From Williopsis jadinii (lineage: Eukaryota): 64,000 bases of DNA. A program made the translations under genes and the position numbers. The DNA lies in contig AP024666.1 in NCBI GenBank assembly GCA_024346625.1, forward strand, positions 1,550,001-1,614,000, given 5' to 3'. The notes under the pieces were generated by a model. It had not been told where the DNA came from and ran no database searches. It worked only from the letters and a program-made list of their open reading frames with translations. Positions 56,118 through 64,000 of this stretch are shown here, piece by piece (position 1 is the first letter of the stretch; the number at the start of each line of letters is the position of its first letter).

Positions 56118-57092
56118 TCATTCTTGTTCTTGGGAAAGCTTTGCACGACGTTCTTGTTCCCTCTCCATATTCTGCTTCAAAAAACTCATAGCCTTATCTA
56201 TTGCCCTTGTGGAACCTGTCAAGACAAACTGGCGGAATCCGTCCTCATCATCTTCCGGTGCAATGATGATCTGTGCTCCACTAACTCTGCGGATCTCTTG
56301 GATTCTGCTACCAGCTTTGCCAATCAGGCATCCAACGTAATCCCTTGGGAACCTCGCAGTTTTCGAATATTCGTTATCAAACGATACATCTGAAGAGTCT
56401 CCACCATGTTGATGGACATAACGTCTCCCGGGATGTGGTCTTGGGCTTGGTGTATAGAAGGAAGTTCCTGTGACACTGTGCCAATCCTCCATCAGACAAC
56501 GTGCCAGTATTCTGCTTGCATCTTCAATAGCAGCTGGTGATCCTTGTAATTCCACCAGTCTCTCTGTAGAGTTATGTAAGAAGTCCTTAGAGGCAACGAT
56601 CTTAACGTTAAACCGTTGCTGAATCTCTTTGATACGAACTCCTTGTTTCCCAATAATGGTACCCATCTGTGCATTTGGAACTAACAGCCTCAACGTTGTG
56701 GTGCCTTCTGGCCCTGGGGGAAGCAGTCTCTTGAGTGGAAAGAATTGCAAGGCACTTTCATCCAGTGGGTTCTCCAACAGGGCTTGTGCGATGAGTCCCA
56801 GGGCTTCAGCAGTATCGTCCAAAGCACCAGTAACAGTCAAGATTCTATCAGGGGTGCCTTGTATAACAGGTGATACACCAGCCTTCACGTTTGTTCTCTC
56901 CCGGATATCGGCAATTATAGAGCCATTCTTACCAATGATCACACCAGCTTCTTTAACTGTGACGAGAATACGCACTCCAATGATAGCAGAGGTTGGCTCC
57001 GTTGAAGGTAGAATCTCACCGGCAGCTGCATTCTCACCACCTGGGGCGAATTCGCCCTCAAACGTCGTATCTGAGGTGTCCTGCTGCGACAT
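56118..57092 (-). CDS. HEK2: Three-KH-domain RNA-binding protein (Khd1)
   Basis: Three GxxG KH motifs (IIGKNG, IIGKQG, LIGKAG); synteny with SHE1; a Pbp2 paralog is not fully excluded. Confidence 0.8.
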   Translation of the reverse strand: MSQQDTSDTTFEGEFAPGGENAAAGEILPSTEPTSAIIGVRILVTVKEAGVIIGKNGSIIADIRERTNVKAGVSPVIQGTPDRILTVTGALDDTAEALGLIAQALLENPLDESALQFFPLKRLLPPGPEGTTTLRLLVPNAQMGTIIGKQGVRIKEIQQRFNVKIVASKDFLHNSTERLVELQGSPAAIEDASRILARCLMEDWHSVTGTSFYTPSPRPHPGRRYVHQHGGDSSDVSFDNEYSKTARFPRDYVGCLIGKAGSRIQEIRRVSGAQIIIAPEDDEDGFRQFVLTGSTRAIDKAMSFLKQNMEREQERRAKLSQEQE

Positions 57093-57606
57093 CTTCTCCA
57101 GTGCTATATGATCGTAGGCCTGTGTAGGGTCTTGTATGGTAGGTGTGGATGTGTGGATGTGTATGTGTGCGGATGTGTGGATGTGATGAGATGGGATGAT
57201 ATTTGCAGCGATAACTGAAAACGAACGTTATACTGAAATAAAACTAGACAAACACTTCAATCAATCACAATGAAACAGAGGGAAACCAGTTAACAAAACA
57301 GCTCCAAACTTGCTTAATTCAATTGAAATACACCGCGTCCTTCGTTGGCTCCGTGGCTCTGAGTTCAGTTCGTTACTGTGGAAATGCCTCTTTTGAGAAT
57401 TGCAACTTTTGTGCTTTTCCAATTGAAATTTTATTACAGCAAGGGGAAATTTTTTTTGGCTTTTTTTTCCTTTTTGGGAAACTCTTTGAGCAGATTGTGT
57501 TACCCTGTCTGATTACATAAGCTGACACATTTAGCACCCGGACACCAAGCATTATCTAGCGTCTTTCCGTCAGGTTTCGGTATGGGCAGCACAGAGCGAG
57601 CAAAGC

Positions 57607-57816
57607 GTTTGGTGTTTGATGTTTGGTGTTTGATGTTTGGTGTTTGGTGTTTGGTGTTTGGTGTTCAGTGTTCAGTGTTCAGTGTCCAGTGTCCAGTGTC
57701 CAGTGTCCAGTGTCCAGTGTCCAGTGTCCAGTGTCCAGTGTCCAGTGTCCAGTGTCCAGTGTCCAGTGTCCAGTGTCCAGTGTCCAATGTCCAGTGTCCA
57801 GTGTCCAGTGTCCAGC
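57607..57816. repeat. 7-bp tandem array, 30 units, graded GTTTGRT > GTTCAGT > GTCCAGT
   Basis: Counted directly: 8 + 3 + 19 units in unbroken 7-bp register. Confidence 0.97.
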
Positions 57817-57835
57817 GTTCAATATTCTACGCGTC

Positions 57836-58855
57836 TTAGTTCACCTCGTTAAACGGCGTTTTCCATCTCCTAAAAGGGCTGGAGCCTCCATCGACAAATG
57901 CTCGTTGCTCTTTAATGGTCATCATCTTAACGTGCCTCTCTCCGGTTGTGAGATACTTCTCCAGCGTCTCTTCGGCCTCATGTTGCAGGTTTGCGTCGAT
58001 TCTCGTCAGATCTCCATCACCATCGAGCAGGATATCTATAGCAACGTGGACCCTTTTCTCCCATAGATGGCACCCTTCGTTCGAGTCCCATGTCGTCAAC
58101 AAGGGCTGTGCAGCGAAGCTGCATGGCTTAAAGTCTACGTAGTGCAATTCCCAGTGCTCCTTCAACAGTGGACCGGTCTCTTCGAGCTCAAGTGTTATTC
58201 GATCACCTTGCTCCTCCTCAATGATGAACCTACCAGCGTTGTACACGCACATCGTGCCCATCGGTATCATCTCTGTGATGTTGAGCGGCATGTAGTTGGA
58301 TAGACGGTTCTCAACCTCCAGTTTCATCGTCGCCAGCCCTCTTGTGTCCCTGTACGGGGTGAACGCAAGCTGTAAGTTGTACTCACCTTTCGGCAGCGAT
58401 ACGCCTCTTTTGAACAGGAAAGCCCATGCCTTGTCAAACCTGAGCACCCCGTAGTCCTGGAACGATAGCTCCTCGTCCGACTGGATGGAAACCCCGTTGG
58501 AGCCACCACTGCCGTGGTTGTTATACGTGAAGAACACCTTTCTGTTGCACAGGAACTGTAGCAGAACGCTCCACAGGGGCTCTGGCGACACGAGGTCGTG
58601 TAGCACACTGTTCAAACACCTCGACTCGTCGATGTAGCGGCTCAGAAAGGGCCACAGCTTGAGAAACCTCCCTTCACCATCACCACCACCATCACCACCA
58701 CCATCACCACCACCACAACCGCCAGAGAGTATCCGCAGGCATTTCTGCCTCACAACAGACGAGTTGTACAGCCGGAACCAGTACCTGCTGGCGCTCGCCA
58801 GCCCCGGCGCCTTCAACAGTATCTCAATCTGAATCTCAACAGGCAACAGCTCCAT
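57836..58855 (-). CDS. F-box protein, Ucc1-like
   Basis: N-terminal F-box-like MELLPVEIQIEILLKAPGLASASRYWFRLYN; ITEMIPMGTMCVYNAG, YVDFKP and terminal WKTPF resemble recalled Ucc1 blocks. Confidence 0.65.
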   Translation of the reverse strand: MELLPVEIQIEILLKAPGLASASRYWFRLYNSSVVRQKCLRILSGGCGGGDGGGDGGGDGEGRFLKLWPFLSRYIDESRCLNSVLHDLVSPEPLWSVLLQFLCNRKVFFTYNNHGSGGSNGVSIQSDEELSFQDYGVLRFDKAWAFLFKRGVSLPKGEYNLQLAFTPYRDTRGLATMKLEVENRLSNYMPLNITEMIPMGTMCVYNAGRFIIEEEQGDRITLELEETGPLLKEHWELHYVDFKPCSFAAQPLLTTWDSNEGCHLWEKRVHVAIDILLDGDGDLTRIDANLQHEAEETLEKYLTTGERHVKMMTIKEQRAFVDGGSSPFRRWKTPFNEVN

Positions 58856-59087
58856 CACAACCAATCCCTCGTCGCCTATTCGCCTACCCGCTGTCCTGTG
58901 CAATTGTGCAATTGTTCCTTGACCTTCTGGAACAAAAACACACGTACAGGCCCATCGGAAATAAGGCCGGAGCACATGGTGCTTTATAACCCGGGTTTAC
59001 CCTCACGATACCTTCTCCCAACAACAGAGAACACCTTGACATCGTAGCAAACAAGGCAAAAGATCATTCATAACGCAGCACACAACA

Positions 59088-59755
59088 ATGTCAACCCCAC
59101 CAGAAGGTGAGTTATCGGTATTTGAGGTGTAATTGGTGAGAGCGTACTAACAGCAACGGGCACAGTGCTTTGGGCGCAGAGATCGTCCGCCACGGAGTCG
59201 GCAAAGAACGTTCTCTACTTGACGGTGAAGATTGCAGACACCAAGAACCTGAGGGTGGATCTCCAGGCGGAGCACCTCCACCTGGAGTCGGACTCTGAGG
59301 ACTACGACAACCACTATGTGTTGGACATTGACTTCTACAAGGCTGTGAAGCCTGAGGAGTCCCGCCATTGGCAGAACGGCAACAGCGTGTACTTTGTGAT
59401 CCAGAAGCTCAACGCTGAGAAGGAGTACTGGCCACGTTTGACCAAGTTGAAGGTGAAGTACTTCTACATCCACACGGACTTTGACAAGTGGGTCGATGAG
59501 GACGAGCAGGATGAGGAGGAAGGCGGGGCGCTCGGCGACCTGCCTGCGATGGATGAGGGCAACGTCTGGGAATCAATGCTACAGGATAACCCAGAGTTGG
59601 CCAAACTGGCCAATTCTGCGAATGGTCAGTTTGACTTCTCCAAGTTGCCGGTAGATGCTAACCAGGAGGAACTGACTTCGCAGGCTACAGAGGAGGACTT
59701 CAGTTCTTCCGATGAGGAAGAAGGCGAAGGCCACGATGGCGCTGGAAAGAAGTAG
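59088..59755 (+). CDS. SBA1: Hsp90 co-chaperone p23; exons 59088-59106 and 59166-59755
   Basis: 59-nt intron GTGAGT...TACTAAC...CAG gives MSTPPEVLWAQRS; YWPRLTK and TDFDKWVDEDEQ. Confidence 0.93.
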
Positions 59756-59807
59756 CGTCTCTCTGTATTCTCGTCCTATCTTCTCTCGTATATACTGGAA
59801 ACAAATC

Positions 59808-60755
<948 letters not shown>

Positions 60756-61068
60756 TCAACTGTGTGTATACACGTTGTGTGAAGTGAGAGATGGCCCACC
60801 GACACCCGTCAAACCGCGGTGTTCGGGTGCTTACGTAAGCACTGACTAATAACCCTCGGGAGTACTCACCACGCCCTCGGAAATAGGGCGTTTGAGTTTG
60901 TCTGTGGTTTTTTTTTCCGTGCTGGCCCTCCCTAAATTCAACGCCGGCGAATCCACAAATTTTCCTTTCTTAAGGGGTACACAACATACTGCAACAACAA
61001 GTTCACCCTGTGTTTATCAAAAGAACTTCACGGAAGGAGATCTCACGAGTGAATAACCCGCTTCAAAG

Positions 61069-61386
61069 ATGTCAGTTGTTCCATTCTCGCCACAGAACAG
61101 ACACGTTGTGATGACGCTTTATCGCCGCAGCTTGATCCTCGCAAGGGATTGGATAAACAAGCGTGATCACTATAGACAGAAGGCGATGGAGATTCGTTCC
61201 CAATTCGAACTGTACAAGGACGTTGGTAATCCAAAGGAGGTTGAGGAGCTCATCAACAAGACAAAGTTCATGTTGGACAAGTATAAACATCCAGATCCAT
61301 ATATCCCACCAACGAGACCAGGTGGTACCAAGTTTGAGAGATACATTGCACCATCCTTGGAGGAGCCATTACCATACCGTTATTGA
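61069..61386 (+). CDS. Complex I accessory LYR subunit NDUFB9/B22 (NI2M)
   Basis: LYRRSL...DW...IRSQF, HPDPYIPPTRPGGTKFER. Confidence 0.9.
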   Translation: MSVVPFSPQNRHVVMTLYRRSLILARDWINKRDHYRQKAMEIRSQFELYKDVGNPKEVEELINKTKFMLDKYKHPDPYIPPTRPGGTKFERYIAPSLEEPLPYRY

Positions 61387-61543
61387 AAAAAGTAAACACT
61401 CGCAAGACAAGGAACCCACACAGGGGGATGTTATAGAGACGCTCTCTGGTATATATCACTACTATTTATTATTTATTCTTTAACTTTTATATTTATTTAT
61501 TCTGCCCCCAGCTATGAGCTCATGTAAATGCTGGTTGGTCCTT

Positions 61544-64000
61544 TTAACCAACGTTATAAATGTCGAGGACCATCGAATGTAGTTGGTCGAGCACATAGTT
61601 CAACCCAGAATCATCACAAACAATGCCATCGCTGAGCGGAACGAGGTATTTTATCGTGGATGCCCGGTTCTTGAACAAGTTCCCCTGTGACGTCAATTCA
61701 CGTTTCAAATTGGCATCAAGGTCATCTTTGTCGATGGAAATTAGGTATACAAATGAGTCCAATGCCCCGTTCTTGATCTCAATATTCATGCTGAATCCGT
61801 GTCTTGGTTTGAACTTGTTGGAATAGTAGAGTACAGAGAAGTACGTTGCATTTTTGGAAATGATCTCGTACCTCAACTTATCAACGTTCCATGAGGAAAC
61901 ATTATCAACTTGTGCCTGATTTGACATGTCATTCAACTTTGAGATCAAAACGTTGGACTTCATCAAATACTTGAAGACATCATCAACTCCATTGGTCACT
62001 AAGAATCTCCTTATGCTTGAGAGACAAATGTTATGTGGGTTCTCCTTGGGTAGTTCCAAATCAAAGTTCTCCTTTAAGGTGCAAACATTATCGCCATATT
62101 TGAAAACAACTTGGTCGAGTTGAACGCTAACCAATTCCATATCCCTTTTCTGTAAATAATCAACGAGTTCAATAACCTTAGCCAGCTTGGTCAATTTAGA
62201 CATAATATTCGTCAATATATTTGCCCTCTTGAAGTCGATGGTTTCAAAAATTTGGAAGACTCCGTTCGAATCCACTATAAAATCATCAAGTGTTATTCTC
62301 TTATTCAACTTCCCCTTCAAGTTGACAACAATGTTGTTCTTGTTAGTTGGGTCAATTCTAAACATGAGCATAACAACCTTTGATGCATTGGGTATCTTCA
62401 CAAATGACTCTGTCTCAACCACTATCGAGTCATGAGAAACAACATGATAATTGGTACCTGTGAGTTCTTGGGATATTAGATGAGTCATGATCTTCTTGGA
62501 TACCTGGTTAATCACATCTTTGGAGCTCTTGTAGTCGAAGGAATTGATACACACTTCCGAAGGTGCATTCAAAGTCCACTGACCCAGCACTGAACGGATA
62601 TTACCTATAAACGTTCTGATCTTTGTATCAATGACAAATATTAGGAACCAATTTTGAGCCCACTCCTTTCTCGTATAGAATCTAACAATTCTATGTGGTT
62701 CTTGTCTTACACCATTGTATAATTTCGACAATTCCACTTGTGGAAGTTTGATCAGATCGTTAGGTATCCAACCAGTTACTGACAAGACGCTCGAGATTTC
62801 AGTAAACTTCAAATCGGTACGTATGGCCTGGAGATTTTCGTTGATGTTCTTAAAGTCATCAACATTAAGCTTTTTCAACGCCATATTTAAAGCTGGCGTT
62901 GGGTTTTTGAAATAGAAGATTCCGGTGAGTTCATTAATCTGTAATAACGATTTGTTCACCATCAAATCTTCAATCTGTGAGAGGATCGACGTGGAATGTT
63001 TATGGTAAATGTCCCTCAAGAACATGTCAATATGATCCACCTGTTCAAAAGTCTGAGCCAATTGGCCTTGTTTGAACCATCTATAAATGATTTCATTATT
63101 TTTGTTCAGCCCAATTTCCAATCTTGAGTATTTAAAGACAAAACTGTTCACCCAATAATGAACCGTTATTTGAAACTTTTCAGGGCTATATGTATGTTTT
63201 ACCGTTTTCAATTCGTTCAACTTTTGGTGTATGAGGTATAGCTTCATGGCCATCGTGTAATTTGTCAATATTCTCTTCAAGTTTACAAATTGGAAACTCC
63301 GTAGTGCCTCGTTACACACCCTAATGAGGTTCTTCGCCTTTTCGAATTTGCCAAAAGAGAGCTCGAAATCAATCATAAAGAATGGAGTTGATTCATCCAA
63401 AGCGGAGATTTGGAATTGGTAATCCTTTGTATAGACATATATTCTTCCATCTTTGATATCATAATCAGTAAATTCCTCTGGCAAATCATCCACCAAGGCA
63501 TACTTCATGGAGAGGACAACGTTCAAATCCCCCAAGGTCTGTAGCACCTTCTGTGGAGATATCCTGGTCTCTATAAAGTTGTGCGTCGGTAGCGTTGGTC
63601 TCCCGTTGGATAGAACCTCCATTGCAGTGATCAAATCTGGGTTGGGCAGCTTCGCACTGAGTAAACTCTGGTTCAAGCTCTTAGTGCTCCATATCAGGTT
63701 ACCAAAATGAGACGACTGTTCCCTCAACCATGCCAGGAGGTCTATAAATTTGTTGAAATCGTGTGCTGAAGCATGCGACCAGTTCGTCAGCACGTACAAC
63801 CTGGTGAACTGTGTACGTAAATAAACCAGCAAATCCAATAGCTTCTTCTTCTTGTCATCATCATTGGGCTGCATCTTCAACACGTGTGAAAGTTCGGCAT
63901 AGGCGAATTGAGCGAACTTGTCCAATATCGACGATAGGGGAACAATGTTCGTCGTGATGTGCTGAAGCTCTGGCGGCTCCGAGTGCTTCGTCTGTACATC
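61544..64000 (-). CDS. RGR1: Mediator subunit Med14 (5' end at or beyond window edge)
   Basis: PPELQHITTNIVPL, RTQFTRLYVLTNW, AKLPNPDLITAMEVLSNGRP, IKDGR; frame open to 64000. Confidence 0.92.
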   Translation of the reverse strand, partial: DVQTKHSEPPELQHITTNIVPLSSILDKFAQFAYAELSHVLKMQPNDDDKKKKLLDLLVYLRTQFTRLYVLTNWSHASAHDFNKFIDLLAWLREQSSHFGNLIWSTKSLNQSLLSAKLPNPDLITAMEVLSNGRPTLPTHNFIETRISPQKVLQTLGDLNVVLSMKYALVDDLPEEFTDYDIKDGRIYVYTKDYQFQISALDESTPFFMIDFELSFGKFEKAKNLIRVCNEALRSFQFVNLKRILTNYTMAMKLYLIHQKLNELKTVKHTYSPEKFQITVHYWVNSFVFKYSRLEIGLNKNNEIIYRWFKQGQLAQTFEQVDHIDMFLRDIYHKHSTSILSQIEDLMVNKSLLQINELTGIFYFKNPTPALNMALKKLNVDDFKNINENLQAIRTDLKFTEISSVLSVTGWIPNDLIKLPQVELSKLYNGVRQEPHRIVRFYTRKEWAQNWFLIFVIDTKIRTFIGNIRSVLGQWTLNAPSEVCINSFDYKSSKDVINQVSKKIMTHLISQELTGTNYHVVSHDSIVVETESFVKIPNASKVVMLMFRIDPTNKNNIVVNLKGKLNKRITLDDFIVDSNGVFQIFETIDFKRANILTNIMSKLTKLAKVIELVDYLQKRDMELVSVQLDQVVFKYGDNVCTLKENFDLELPKENPHNICLSSIRRFLVTNGVDDVFKYLMKSNVLISKLNDMSNQAQVDNVSSWNVDKLRYEIISKNATYFSVLYYSNKFKPRHGFSMNIEIKNGALDSFVYLISIDKDDLDANLKRELTSQGNLFKNRASTIKYLVPLSDGIVCDDSGLNYVLDQLHSMVLDIYNVG

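Noticed and set aside
57582..58066. ORFs with (VQCPVSS)n repeats
   Set aside because: Translation of a 7-bp repeat lacking stop codons in all three frames; not CRISPR either (no spacers)

Overview
Gene-dense nuclear DNA from a budding yeast (Saccharomycotina). CTG reads as Leu at conserved positions (e.g. Pre2 NPFLLGT). The window keeps a respiratory complex I accessory subunit (NDUFB9-like) and a PYM/WIBG Mago-binding protein, and has several short spliceosomal introns. This fits a non-WGD, CUG-Leu yeast such as Cyberlindnera/Wickerhamomyces (inference, not determined). I find 28 protein-coding genes (MRD1 and RGR1 cut by the window edges) and one intron-containing tRNA-Trp. Five genes need splicing and are absent or mis-started in the ORF track: UBX4, SEC14, TIM13, QCR9 and SBA1. 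I could not support any transposon, rRNA or CRISPR array, and no clearly new multi-gene system is evident. The best leads are: a truncated PYM homolog, a 14-nt SEC14 microexon, a NuSAP-like motif in She1 with an Mcm1-Fkh promoter site, a graded 7-bp tandem array, a telomere/Rap1-like tract before HEK2, and a structured QCR9 intron. All homology calls come from recalled family motifs, not database searches.
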